Source of the DNA: Selaginella moellendorffii
Lineage: Eukaryota > Plantae > Lycopodiophyta
Length of the DNA: 64,000 bases
Reading direction: 5' to 3'
Assembly (NCBI RefSeq): GCF_000143415.4
Contig: NW_003314324.1
Location: forward strand, 504,289 to 568,288
The notes below the pieces were generated by a model. That model worked only from the letters and a program-made list of their open reading frames with translations, searched no databases and had not been told where the DNA came from. Positions 23,790 to 35,857 of the stretch are shown here, in pieces; positions within the stretch are counted from its first letter, which is position 1; each line of letters starts with the position of its first letter. The translations under genes were made by a program, and so were the position numbers.

Positions 23790-26078
23790 ATGGAGCGAAT
23801 TCAAACTGTGGCTCCGCCACTGAAGAACGAGGACGCGATCAAGGATCGCCGCGAGGAGCTGTGCCTGGAGCTTAAGATCTGCGACAATCTCGAGCGCGGC
23901 AAGAGGATCCACTCGATCATCTCCGGCAGCGAGCATCACCGGCGCGACAAGCTCCTGGCCAATTTCCTGATCCACATGTATGGGCGCTGCGGCAGCGTGG
24001 AGGGCGCTCGCGCGGTCTTTGATTCCATCCCGGAGCCCAATGTCTTCTCCTGGAACATGATCATCCAGGCGTATGCCCGCAACCGGCATATAGATTCGGC
24101 GCGAGCGCTCTTCGAGAGAGCCCCGCAAACCGATGTTCTCACCTGGAATTCCATGATCGCCTCGTATGCCCAGGAGGGAAAACTCACAGAATCGAAGAAC
24201 CTTTTTGATCGGATGCCCGAGAAGAACGTCGTCTCTTGGAATTCGATCTTACAAGCATATGCCCAAAACCAGCAACTTACCAAAGCTCAGACCATCTTTG
24301 AGACAATGCCCGAATGGAACGTTGTTTCGTGGAACACTTTAATCTTAGCATATGCCCAACATGGGCATTTGCATAAAGCTCAGTTCTTGTTTGAAAATCT
24401 AGAATTTGCAAACTCAATCTCGTGGAATACTATACTATCGGGATATCTACAAGCTGGAGATTTCACTAAAGCTAAAGAACTGTTTGATCGAATGCCCTTG
24501 CCAGATATTGTGTCGTGGAACACTTTGGTATGGGCATTTGCCCAAGCTGGGCTTTTTGGTATAGCTTTTAGTTTGTTTAGGCAGATGCCCGGATGGGATT
24601 CTGTGACGTGGACGGCCCTGATTCAAAGTAGCGGCCATTACCAAAACTGGGATGGAATTCGTTACCTGTATGATAGAATGCCAAAGGAAGACATGGCAGT
24701 GTGGAATTCGCTATTACTGGCTTATGCCCACAATGGGCATTTTGTTGGAGCGCATAAGGTATTTCACGAAATGCCGCGATGGAGCCTAACTTCTTGGAAC
24801 TCAATGGTAATTCTCTATGGTAACTCTGGCGAGTTTGACTCCGCCGAGGGCTTTGTTTCTATGATGCCTCAGAGGGACATAGTGACGTGGACAGTGCTGC
24901 TGGCGGCATATGCCCAAGCTGGGCGTACGGAATGCGCCAGGCGCGTGTATGAGTTTATGCCCGAGCACAATGTGGTCAGCTGGAACGCGATGATCCAAGC
25001 GTACGGACTTAATGGATCCTTAGAGAACGCCAGGAGCTTGTTTCACGACACAATGCGAGACAAGGACATTGTCTCTTTCACTTCTATGATCCAAGCTTAC
25101 GCGCAGAACAACGATCTCGAGGCCGCCGTACGAACGTTTGAGAGAATGCCGTTCTGGGACGTTGTCGCCTGGACGACCATGATCACCGTTTACGCTCAGT
25201 ATGGAGATTTGGAGTCGGCAATAGACGTGTTTAACTCGATGCCACAGAGGAACTTAGTGACTTGGACGGCTATGATCCAAGCTTATTGCTCCAGAGGCCA
25301 TTTGGAGGAGGCCAAGAGTTTGATGGACAAGCTTCCAGTGTGGAGCATCACACTGGGTAATGTTTTGCTGCAAGCATATGCCCAGAATGGTTATACAGAG
25401 CTCACAAGACAAGTCTTTGATGCCATGCCCAAAAAGGATATAGTCACCTGGACGAGCATGCTGTCGGCTCACGCTCAAAACATGGAGCTCTTGGAAGCCG
25501 AGAAGCTCTTCTCTGAGATGCCGGAGTGGAGCTCCACAGTTTGGAACGCGTTGCTGGCCGCTTATGCTCGCAATGGAAAGCTGGAAAAAGTGAGAAGAAC
25601 GTTTGAGATGGTACCGGAGAAGGAGATTGCTACCTGGAGTGCGGCTATCTCGGCTTGCGCGCACTTGGGCGATGGAAGACAAGCGATCGAGCTGTTCAAG
25701 AGGGTCGAGAACGAAGGCCTCCGAGTGACCGAGGTGTCGGTGACGAGCGCGTTGGTGGCTTGTAGGCACCTTGGTTTGCTCGAGGAAAGCTGCAAGTACT
25801 TCGTTTCGATGCTGTATGACCGTGACATAGTGGCTGGCAGCGAGCACTACTGCTCCATGGTTGACATACTTGGTCGCTTGGGAGAACTCGAGAAGGCTGA
25901 GGACTTGATCGAAAACATGCCGTTTGAGCCTGTTGCGAGTGCCTGGGGGAGCCTCCTTGCATCGTGCAGGACTCATTGTGACGTAGAGCGTGCTAAAACA
26001 GCGGCCAAGAATCTCTCCAAGTTGAATCCTAAAAACGCTGCAGCGCTTCTGATGTTGAAGAACATCCAGTTCGAGTGA
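23790..26078 (+). CDS. Intronless PLS-class PPR protein (E-type end)
   Basis: Long PPR array; HYCSMVDILGRLG...MPFEP..SAWGSLLASCRTH. Confidence 0.92.
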   Translation: MERIQTVAPPLKNEDAIKDRREELCLELKICDNLERGKRIHSIISGSEHHRRDKLLANFLIHMYGRCGSVEGARAVFDSIPEPNVFSWNMIIQAYARNRHIDSARALFERAPQTDVLTWNSMIASYAQEGKLTESKNLFDRMPEKNVVSWNSILQAYAQNQQLTKAQTIFETMPEWNVVSWNTLILAYAQHGHLHKAQFLFENLEFANSISWNTILSGYLQAGDFTKAKELFDRMPLPDIVSWNTLVWAFAQAGLFGIAFSLFRQMPGWDSVTWTALIQSSGHYQNWDGIRYLYDRMPKEDMAVWNSLLLAYAHNGHFVGAHKVFHEMPRWSLTSWNSMVILYGNSGEFDSAEGFVSMMPQRDIVTWTVLLAAYAQAGRTECARRVYEFMPEHNVVSWNAMIQAYGLNGSLENARSLFHDTMRDKDIVSFTSMIQAYAQNNDLEAAVRTFERMPFWDVVAWTTMITVYAQYGDLESAIDVFNSMPQRNLVTWTAMIQAYCSRGHLEEAKSLMDKLPVWSITLGNVLLQAYAQNGYTELTRQVFDAMPKKDIVTWTSMLSAHAQNMELLEAEKLFSEMPEWSSTVWNALLAAYARNGKLEKVRRTFEMVPEKEIATWSAAISACAHLGDGRQAIELFKRVENEGLRVTEVSVTSALVACRHLGLLEESCKYFVSMLYDRDIVAGSEHYCSMVDILGRLGELEKAEDLIENMPFEPVASAWGSLLASCRTHCDVERAKTAAKNLSKLNPKNAAALLMLKNIQFE

Positions 26079-26096
26079 AACAAGAAAACACTTATC

Positions 26097-27285
26097 TCAC
26101 TGACTTTGAAGGGTTTCGAGTGTAGCATCTAGCTTCTGGCCAAGTGTAGTGATCCAGATCTGTACAGCAAACACTGAGAGTAAAAAATGCATCGATTGTT
26201 TTTCTACCTGGTCGAGAGGAGAGAAGCCTCGGATAGTATCGCCCGCCAGTATCAAAACACCAGAGTCTCCCAAAGGTTGGATTATGACAGACTGAAACCA
26301 AGTGCTGCATTTCAATCGCCTGCTAGAAAAGTTGCGTACCTGGGTGTTTTGAGGCAGGAAAGGGAGTTCATAGCGACCCGGGTACAAAGAAAGGTTGGCC
26401 AAATATGATTCTAGTCAAAACTTTGGTGAGAAAAACGAATGACACAGTTTCGCATCTGAAACTCACGTTTACCACTGGCTAGAGCAGCCGTGCATAAAGT
26501 TCCTCTCATGACACTGAGCCCATCGATTTTGTAGGCGTCACCTTCCTGATCCGCAGCTATTCCCGCTTGAAAGACGCATCGCATCTTATATAACACAACA
26601 AAAGACTTGCAGCAAGTAGTCTTGCTCATTGTCTCCCAGGCCCTGCCAAACGCACTCGCTAGTCAAGAAACAAATCGCGAAGAAACAAAAATGTACCATA
26701 CAAGCTCCGCTTTCGCTTCTTCAGACGATAAATACACCCTCATGCATTGTACTCCTTCCAACTCTACCTGAAAGGACATAGATGATGAAACACTCTTTTG
26801 CAGTGGAATGACTTCTTACAGGCTTGAAGCGTCTTGGTTGAATAGAGCTCCAGACGAGTCCAGCGAGAAGCACAGTAGCAGCCAGGGCAACCACTAAAAC
26901 ATCCGCCCTCGATTGAGAACTGTTGTCCAGGACATTTCTCAGAGCTTTAGAAGACAAGTAACGTCTTACCTGCTTGCATCTGCGACGAGAGGAACACCAG
27001 AAAGTGTTCGATTCAAGAATACGAATCCAAACGAGCCAACTCCAATCGTCACAGGTACGGCTCGCACGAATGCCAAGTTTCTGGAAAACCAATCCTCGCT
27101 AGTTTCAAAGCCACCGCCTCGTTTTTGGAAAGAACACCTGGTCTGGAACATAAAGTCATGAAGAACAATAGAAAAACAAATAAGAAGCTCACCTGAGAGT
27201 TTCTGAACGGCGTTCTGGAAACAGCAAAGCGAGATAGAGAACCACATTTGCTACGAACGAAGAACACTGCATTTGCCATGGCCAT
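26097..27285 (-). CDS. CCB4: Cofactor assembly of complex C subunit B, CCB4 (cytochrome b6 heme ci maturation; multi-exon)
   Basis: VADASSSQSRADVL, TCCKSFVV, ANLSLYPGRYELPFLP, VIIQPLGD, GDTIRGF, KLDATL. Confidence 0.88.
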
Positions 27286-27339
27286 CTCAATTGGAGAACC
27301 CTATCTTAGTTCTATTAAGCATAACCGGTGTCTAGAAAT

Positions 27340-29164
27340 TCACTCCACCCATAGCAAGGATCCTGCAATAAGTATATTGCTTGGAAGAGGCCCAGGGCAG
27401 GGAGCAACATACGTAAGTTTCTTCCTGTAAGAAAAAGTAAGCAAAAATTGAAATAAGAAGAAGAGCTTTACCTGTTAAGATCTACTTCAGTGACGTAGAC
27501 AAATCCGGCAACGTTACTGCAAGCAAACACCGGTGAGCAATTGATTCACAAACAAAAACACGATCATACCATGCAAGGACTTGATCTGGATCTTTGCTGT
27601 AGGAAACTCCAAGTACTGCGTGGACAAGGTCTCGGTTAATGCTAACAGGGACAACTCTGGTAGGATCCGCGGTAGGCTCGGCACCGATGGGAAGAGCGGA
27701 ACGAGGAGCCTGAGGCCCGCCACCAATGCGGACGACTTGGATGTCTTGAAAGTTCACAACGGAGGCATGAGGTGATAGTTCATTCCATCGACCATAGAAG
27801 TAGTTCTGCAAAACCAAAAAAACAAGTAATCCGTTTCCAAGGAGGAGGAAAAATAAATAAAACCTTTGTTCGCGTGAAACGACTTTGCTGCCTGTACTTC
27901 TGGTTGCGAGCCACCACACCACCGGACTTTTGAAGCTTGACAACATCTACGCCAGGCTTTAATCTCAAATAATCATGCAGCATACTGTACACTTTCTCCT
28001 GCAAAAAGAGGAGTGTCACAATGACAATAAAGCATGAACTAGATCATCGTACCTGGCCCAAAACCAAAATGACATTAGCATTTAATGCCTCGATGGAATG
28101 TAGAAGCAGCTGAATAGAAAGGAAAAACTCAGTCATAGCTCTTTGAGGATGAAAACACAACCTCATAACCAACACCATCGACCCAGCCCATGGTGTTGAT
28201 AACCATTCCAGAAGAGCGAGTTGCTATGTTCGATGCAAACTGTAGATCCAGTTGATGCGCGAGTTCTTTCACCAGAATTTTATACAATTCAGTGTTTATG
28301 CTGGACGAGAAAAGTAGCTTGTCGGTGCTCACACCATTTGCAACTGAAAAAACTTCAAAGTACCTGGGAGTGGTGTGACCATAAAAGTAAACAAGAGGGA
28401 CATCCAGAATTATCCCTTCCACGGGATCAACAGGCGTCTCGACGGGAGTTGCAGCGATTGCTCCCGAGAGCGTGATAGATCCTTGACCAATATCGAGGTC
28501 GACGTACATTGGTTTCCATTGCTGACGAGCAGCCCAGCCAAGGAGCATCTTTGTAAGACTGCTCTTTCCAGAATCAGTCGGGCCGACAACCATCACTCTC
28601 GGTCCCTGTTTGTTTCCGATTGCTAAAACGTATTCGGAAAAGAACGAAGAAGAAGAAAAGTTCTTGCTTCTTACCTGCGTGAGTGGATTTGGAATCTCGC
28701 CTGGAGCGTTGTGAAGAGAAATTGCTGCTTCGCGAGCTCTCCTGCGCCTGTTTTCAAGCACCGCATGAACATTGACGTAGCTCACCATCGGTGTCTGAAA
28801 GAAAAAAAAAATCAGCACTATAGAAGAAGAAATAGAGATTAATTTACCTCATCAGCGACATAGGCAACCTCTGATACGCCATCGAGCTCCAGAAGCGCAC
28901 CACCCCACGTAAAAACCTGCTCAAACATCCCTCCTTACTTACTGAAAGAAGAATAGACGAGAAACTCACAGCAAATTTTTGTGAGGGAGAGAAAGTGAGC
29001 CAGTACTGTGGAGGGAGCTCGGTGCCGAAAATCTCCGCCGTGCCAGCCACGAGCTGCATCCTGAGCGGCCCATCGACGCCTACCTCGACGCGCAGCTCGC
29101 TCTCCTTGCGGAGCTCAAATCTCCGCACCGCATCGCCAGGCGCGAGATTGCCATCGGAAGACAT
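27340..29164 (-). CDS. CLP1: CLP1 polynucleotide 5'-kinase / pre-mRNA cleavage factor (multi-exon)
   Basis: ELRVEV, GTAEIFGTEL, P-loop GPTDSGKSSL, DLDIGQGSI, INTMGWVDG, end APCPGPLPSNILIAGSL. Confidence 0.95.
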
Positions 29165-29559
29165 CACTAGAACCCTAAGCTTTTCAAAATTTAGGGCTCC
29201 TCAACTTGGGCTATGGCGGGAAAAGTTGGGCAGTTAACGTGCTACCAATTTCAACAAGATACTAATGCAGAGGTGGAACCATCAAGCAATGGGGTCTTTG
29301 CAGCAACTCTTTTTGACTCTCTTTAGCAAATCTAGAAATTTTTCTTCATAGAATATACATAACTGTGCAAGCTCCAGCTATCAGGGGTTTATTGGGTAAA
29401 TTCATAGTTCTAACCATCCAAGCTAGTATGCCTAGCTAACTACTCAAGCAAATCATATCAATGTACTAAATTTCTAAACAACTAGCAAAAATATTTTTTT
29501 GTGCTGTGTAGCAATTTAAAACATATTAATAATATAATAAAATTTAATAAGTGATGATT

Positions 29560-29870
29560 AGTGGTTTTAGTTTGCTTAAGCAAACCTGAATGTATCTAGA
29601 ATATATTTAAATATTTTAGGATATTCTACCATCTAATGGTTGTTTATCATTTAGATTAATCTTGTATTTATAATTTATAAACTTGCTTAAACACTTTCTA
29701 GTATATTCATTTTTATTCTACCAAGATTAATCTTGTGTTTATAAATTATAAACATGCTTATAATTATAGATTTTTATTTGATCATATGGATTAATAAGTA
29801 GGAATATCATACTATTATGCAAACCAAGCATTGGTGCATGCAACACATAGCAAATTTTTATTGTTATGAC
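29560..29870 (+). repeat. AT-rich ~300-bp repeat, left arm of an inverted pair around the BAHD pseudogene
   Basis: Reverse-complement similarity to 31750-32100 along its length. Confidence 0.85.
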
Positions 29871-30399
29871 TACCAAATATTATAAACATATAATAATATA
29901 TATATAATTAAATAAAAACTAAAAAACTATAATATAATTTCTTTTTAGATTGGTATTCAAAATATTTGTGAGAATTGATCCAAGCATGTGATTGCCAAAT
30001 ATTATCTTGCTCATCACATTTTAAATTAAGTGCTAATGGCTGAAACTATCAGTAAAGACCAAGGTCTAGCTTTTGAGCTTCCCATCATATTTGGTCCAAA
30101 ACTAAAGAAGGATGATCTGCAAAACTGTCTCAATGATGAGGAGATTTTTGATCCACAACACACGTTTCTAAGTTTGTAGTAGTTTGTAGGAGGGGCGTGG
30201 ATGTGGTTCACCAAAGTTCATCTAAAATAGTAGTATTAAACCTTTGTCCAAGATGTTGGTGTTACCACAGTAGAAATGCAAAGCCATGTCTAGAACTTAC
30301 AAAGAAAATAAGATTTGTCAACTTGCTAGAAACAATAAACTTCCAATTAAGTGTTCATCTTTTTTCATGTTTATCCGAAAATACAGCAACATTTTCATG

Positions 30400-31651
30400 C
30401 TTTCATAGCAAGTTTCAAAGCTTTCCTGCACAGACCCTTGGTCTGTCACTAAAGTAGCGAGTGAAAGAGGCATTATCGAGCAGTTTTTTCTTGTGAGTTT
30501 TCGACAGCCAGATGTGTACGTCGGTGCCCCTGCTCCGATCGATCTCAACTCTTGGGCTGGAGCTGGAAACAGGGCTACAGACGAAGGCCACATAGCAGAA
30601 GGAAGAAGCTGAGCTAATGCACCGCCGCATCCAAAATCAATGGCATAGAATGAAAACCTCCTCAGAGATGTGGAGGCCAAACCTCGCTTCCAGTGCAGCG
30701 TCGGTAGCAGTGCGGCATGGATTAGCTTGGCAGCGAAGCGCTTGTCACTCGCGACTTCTCCCGCGCTGGCAGCGTATGCCTGGCATGGAACGAACGCATT
30801 GCCAAAGTAGTCTTCCGGGATCTGGGGCGCAAATCTGCCTTTTCTTCGCAAGTTGATAGGCAGCATGTAGGAAGTATCAAGATGCCTGGTAAAGGCTTTT
30901 GCTGTGGTTATAGACGACCACAGCAATGCCGAGACCGCCTCAAAGGTGGTGGCTCTCCCCTAGCCGAACTTGGTGGAGCTTTCGATCTCTCGGACGCCTC
31001 GATGGCCTCTTTGCCCATCCGCAGCATCATATACTCGTCAGGCTGTGCGTTTTCCACGAGGAAAGGCACCTGGGGAGAGCAGCGAACTTGCGAAGTCCTG
31101 GCGTTGATCGTCGCGACCCACGGTGGATCTCACTCCATCTCGTGAGAAATTTGACGAGGCTGTACCCGTCCATGATCACGTGTAGAAAGCGGAAGCCAAT
31201 GGCCACTCCTCCACAGCCAAACGTTGTCACCTGGACTTGCATCAATGGCATCTGGGAGAGATCAGCATGCCCACCGCAGCCATAAAGCGAGAAATCGACC
31301 GAAAATGGGCACTGCCTGATGTCCGACCACCCGTTGAGCCTCGCATCGCTCCCGGATTCATGAAGCTCACGCCTTGGGAGTTGACATTCACCTCGAGCTT
31401 GGAAGATCCCTTGCCGTGGCAAATCCGGCCAGCGAGAACAGGGAACTCGGCCAGTGCTTTGGACAGGGACGACTTAAGGCCTTGGTGGGGCTCTCGCTCG
31501 CCATGCGGAAGAAGAGCACAAACTCAAGATAGTCTGGCCTGGGGCTGCAATTGATGAGGTCGAGATTGGTGAGCTCATAGTTGCAGCCAGGGGACGATGA
31601 GATCACTGGAGTTACCAAGTGAATTTGGGACACGATAGGCACATCCATCAT
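30400..31651 (-). pseudogene. Intronless BAHD acyltransferase with frameshifts
   Basis: QVTTFGCGGVAIG, HxxxD (FLHVIMDG), YFGNA, DFGCG (DFGWG variant) split over at least three frames. Confidence 0.8.
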
Positions 31652-31749
31652 TCACAACAATGCAAATTGGGCTTGCGTTGGCTTCTTGATTGAGTCAATT
31701 GTACGTGTGAGTCCCTCAACCTTTTACAGTATTTTGTCACCTTTTGTCA

Positions 31750-32100
31750 GAGTTTTCAATAAATTGCTATGCATTACATGTAGTAATGCTTGGTTTGCTT
31801 AATGGTAATTTTATTATTATTAATTAATATGATTGATCAAATAAAGGTTATAATTATAAGCATGTATATAATTTATAAATACAAGATTAATCTTATTGCA
31901 TATCAACCATTAGATGATAGAATAAAAAAGAATATATTAGAAAGGGTTTAAAATTATTTATAAATTATAAACATGTTTATAAATTATAAATATAAGATTA
32001 ATCTAAATGAATAACAACAGTTAGATGGTAAAATATCTTAGAATATTCAAGCATATTTTAGGTATATTCACTACCATTTCTAAGTAAGCCAAAAATAGTT
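31750..32100 (-). repeat. AT-rich repeat, right arm of the inverted pair
   Basis: Reverse complement of 29560-29870 with indels. Confidence 0.85.
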
Positions 32101-32312
32101 AGACTACCTTTAAGTCCACATCTTTGCTTAAATACTATTAAAATTATTAATTTAAACTTCAAACTCTTGAGATTATATTTTTTTTATAAATGTTTACATG
32201 TTAATTTTGATTATGTAGATTTAGTTTAATCCGTACTTATTTTATTAGCCAAAATTGAACATCCACTTCAAGTGAATTGGTTATAAATTTCTTCATGATC
32301 TAAATTATCCAT

Positions 32313-32820
32313 TTGGCTGGTGGAGGAATAGCAGCTTATCAAGCTCAAGTGCTTCTCGTTGTCCTAGAGATAGTTTTGAGAGCAAATTCTTCTTGGTCAT
32401 CAGGTTTCTTAGAGAGCCCAGCAATGATAACATTTGGAATGCTCCAGAATAACACAGGACAATCTACTACTACTAGCCAATGGGATCCATCTCTTTATCG
32501 ATTACTATCTCCTCTCGTCCATCCAGATGGCAGCCAATGGATGATTGTTCTCCTGGATATGGTGGCAATGGCTGACTGTGGCAATGGTTCGGCGATGCGC
32601 AGCCTCTGGTATGTGACATTCTACTTGAGTTTAGAGCTCCCAAGGACTTATGTTCTTGTCCAAAAAGAACTTCGACTTGGCTATCATCTGCAAACTTGGG
32701 CAATGGTGTGGAGCAGTTAGAGACATGCCTTGCATAGGATTGGAGCTTGTTTTTTGGTAGCACGATGCCAGAATGGGACTTGATCAAGATTACAATTCCA
32801 GAACAAACCATACGAGGGGT
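32313..32820 (+). pseudogene. Possible decayed S-domain/EGF-like ectodomain fragment
   Basis: GC-richer patch; a disrupted frame reads W...CDI...CSCP...NLGNG; weak. Confidence 0.2.
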
Positions 32821-33012
32821 GCAAGTAAGCTCGCTTAATTGATGGCAACATCAAATTTAAATAACCAAAAAGAAGAAGGCATAAGACAAGTCACTAACGT
32901 GGTAAACTATAATGAATTGGCAGATGACACTTGTCCGGAGACTAGCCAATACGCAATTCACTAGGAATAATTCTTAGAAGAAGCTGCTTTACACATTTGC
33001 CGTGCTTACAAA

Positions 33013-33369
33013 ATGAGGAAGAGTTTTGTATCAAATTTGTGTATTCTGCCTCTGCTTTGGAATTCAGGGGTATTGTGTTGCGAAGTTTGCAATTTCCTAG
33101 AGCTCAATGCCACCACCGTAGCTTTATCATGTGGAGACAAGGAGTTTCTCTTTGATCTTAAACAACACATGAGTAATGTGGATGGGATTCTGAAATGTCC
33201 TGGTGGAAATTTTCAGAGTTCTTGTGCTTTCAAAGGTTACAAAGTTGAGATCGAGAACCACGCTCCTAGGCTTTATTACACTGCTCACTGTAAAAACGAA
33301 ATGGACACCTCGGTGAAGACTAAGCTTGGCTTGAAGAAATGCTCTGGAGATTTAGAAGTTTGTATCTAG
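33013..33369 (+). CDS. Secreted cyanovirin-N homolog (CVNH)-like lectin, 118 aa
   Basis: Signal-like N-terminus; FDLKQHMSNVDGILKCPGGNFQSSC matches the CVNH junction (DL...I.N.DG.L...GNF..SC); second half Y.AHC...T.L.L. Confidence 0.7.
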   Translation: MRKSFVSNLCILPLLWNSGVLCCEVCNFLELNATTVALSCGDKEFLFDLKQHMSNVDGILKCPGGNFQSSCAFKGYKVEIENHAPRLYYTAHCKNEMDTSVKTKLGLKKCSGDLEVCI

Positions 33370-33534
33370 TCTTAAAACCTCTCACTTTCTTAATTTTTTT
33401 ACAAATGCAAGCTGCTGCTCTTCACAAGTTCTGTTGGAAGACTTGTTCGAACCAAATTATGTGAGTTTGGATGTCATGGAAAACATAAATTTTGTTCTAC
33501 GAGCTTTCAAGAACTCTAAAGTTTCTTACGATTT

Positions 33535-35697
33535 CTATCTCCCTTGGAGAGATTCCATGAGCTGGGTGACTTGCTCCACTTGTTCGGGGCTCCGGCACGC
33601 CGAGAAGAGCACCCTCGCGGTCACAGCGTCGGCTCTACACCCGGACTCGAGCATCTTCTTGAGGATACTCGTGCATTTCCTGTAGAGCTTCTTCTTGGCG
33701 TAGCCTCCCATCAAGGCCGTCCAAGTCGTGGCGTCCGGAACGAGCTTGAGCCTCGCCAGTCCCTGGAAGAGCTCCTCCGCCCTGGGAATGAATCCCGCCT
33801 GAGCGTAAACTTGGATCAGCGTGTTGTAGGTACCAATGTCTGGCTTGGTTTGCTTGGACGACGATTTCACCATCTTTGCGAGGAGAGCTTCCATGTCCTC
33901 GTGCCTGCCGGAAACTCCATAGGCGTTGATGAGAGAGTTGTAGATCAGAGTGTCCGGCTTTGTTCCATCCCTCTCCATGGCGGAGACGAGCTCCTCGGCC
34001 TCTTCGACCCTCCCGGCTCTTGCATAGGCGCTCAGGAGGAGCATGTTGGACTTGAGGTTTGGAGAAAAGCCGGCGCTTTGCATGGACTTGAAAATCTTCT
34101 CGGCATCTGCAATAGAGGCTCTCTTAGCAAAACTTGGAAGTGGTCGAAATGGACTTTCGAAAGATTTTACCTTCATATAGCCCAGCTCGTCCATAGGCAT
34201 TGATAAGAATGTTGTGAGAGACCGTGTCCGGGAAGCAGCCATTTCTTTGCATTGTCTGGAAAATCTCGAGTGCCCCGGCCGGAGAACCTCCTTGGCTTAA
34301 AAAACAGCATTTTTCAAGGAAACAAAAATGGAAGGTTTCTACTATACCTGTACGCTTCCATCAACGCGTTGTAGGCGTAGTGGTCGGGCTTGTAGTCGAA
34401 CTCCTGCAGCTTGTCGAAGTATCTCTCGGCTTCTCGGTACAGCCCTTGTCTCGCAAAAGCGTTCATGAGAGCAGTGAATGTACAAATATTTGGAGGACAC
34501 ATAGCGCGCCTCATGCTTCTGTAAAGCATCTCCGCCTTGGAAGGCTCCCCTGCCTGATCATAGAGATATTAAAAACTTACGTTCCAAGATCTCTGTGAAG
34601 TTTAAACACTACCTTGCCATAGATGACAATCATCCGGTTGTAAGTGTCAATGTTTGGCTCGCACTCGTACTTCTCCAGGTCCCGGAACAAAGCTTCGGCC
34701 CTCCTGTATTCTTTCGCGTCTTCTAAAACGTGGAGAAAGGTGTTGCATGCCAGCGGCCCTGAAACAAAAGCCTGAGTAAAACTTAGTTCCCCCAACAGCG
34801 CAGAACAAAGGTTGTAGGCGTTACCAGGACTGTATCCCCGCTTTTGCATTTGGACGAAGAGTTCCTCGGCCTTTTCGAATGAGCCCGCAAGCCTGTAGCC
34901 ATTTATCAGGACGCCGAAAGTTTCCTCGTTCGGAACACAGAGAGCCTCTTGCATCCGGTTGAAAGTCTTCTCAGCATCTTCTATGTTCAAGCTTTTCCCG
35001 TAAGCGTCAATCAAAAGATTGTAACAGCCGAGGTCTGGCCGAAAAGTGGTGCCTTGGAGCACCCACTCACACATCTGAAGAAGAAAAAAACGAAAGTTTC
35101 ATGAAAGTTGCAATGAAGGAACACTTACAAACCTGTGTAACACGCGGCCAGTCTTTGTAGTTCCAGAAGTGAACGACCACACTCATGAAATTATCCCAAG
35201 TATCGTGACCTCTAGGCAGGTTGTCGAGTGCGTTCCAAATAGCCGTGGCGTCCTCTTGCATTCGTAGAAACTGTGCCAAAGAACTCGCGGCTGGGCTGAG
35301 AACGATGAGCTCAATCTCGGTAAAGTTCCGTCCTGTCTCGAGCCATGCCTTTCCATGTCTGGTACCTATACAAAAACATGAGATGCACAGTCCCGACATG
35401 GAAAACACGAAGCTCAAACCTTTCCTCCTCTTGGAGACTTTCTTATCCAGAAGGGGATTCTCAACCCGACGAAAGACCGGCTTGTTCTTCACTGGCTGGA
35501 GCTTGTCACGCTCAAAGATCTTCGACGCACGGGGTATCAATCGCTTCAGACAAGAATTGGAGCTCACATTCTCAAACCCAACTCTGAAAAATCTGCCTAT
35601 GAGACTGCAATACAAAGGCACAAAATTAGCGAAGAAGCAAAAGTAGAGAGCCACAATACCATGAATCCTGCGGCTGTATTGGAGCTAGAATCGACAT
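33535..35697 (-). CDS. P-class PPR protein (multi-exon; At2g35130-like)
   Basis: 35-aa P repeats (CYNLLIDAYGK, PNICTFTALMNAFARQGL); GT-AG introns. Confidence 0.85.
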
Positions 35698-35857
35698 CCC
35701 AGTGTCACGCGTGCGCCACCATGTTCGTCACTAAGCCCTAGAAAATGGGAAAAAGGCATTGTTTTTTTTTTTCTTTCAAATCGAAATAGCATATACCCTT
35801 TTTTAAGGAAGTAAGCGATAAGTATATTCCTTAGTTTGCAATTCTTTTCCCTTTTTT

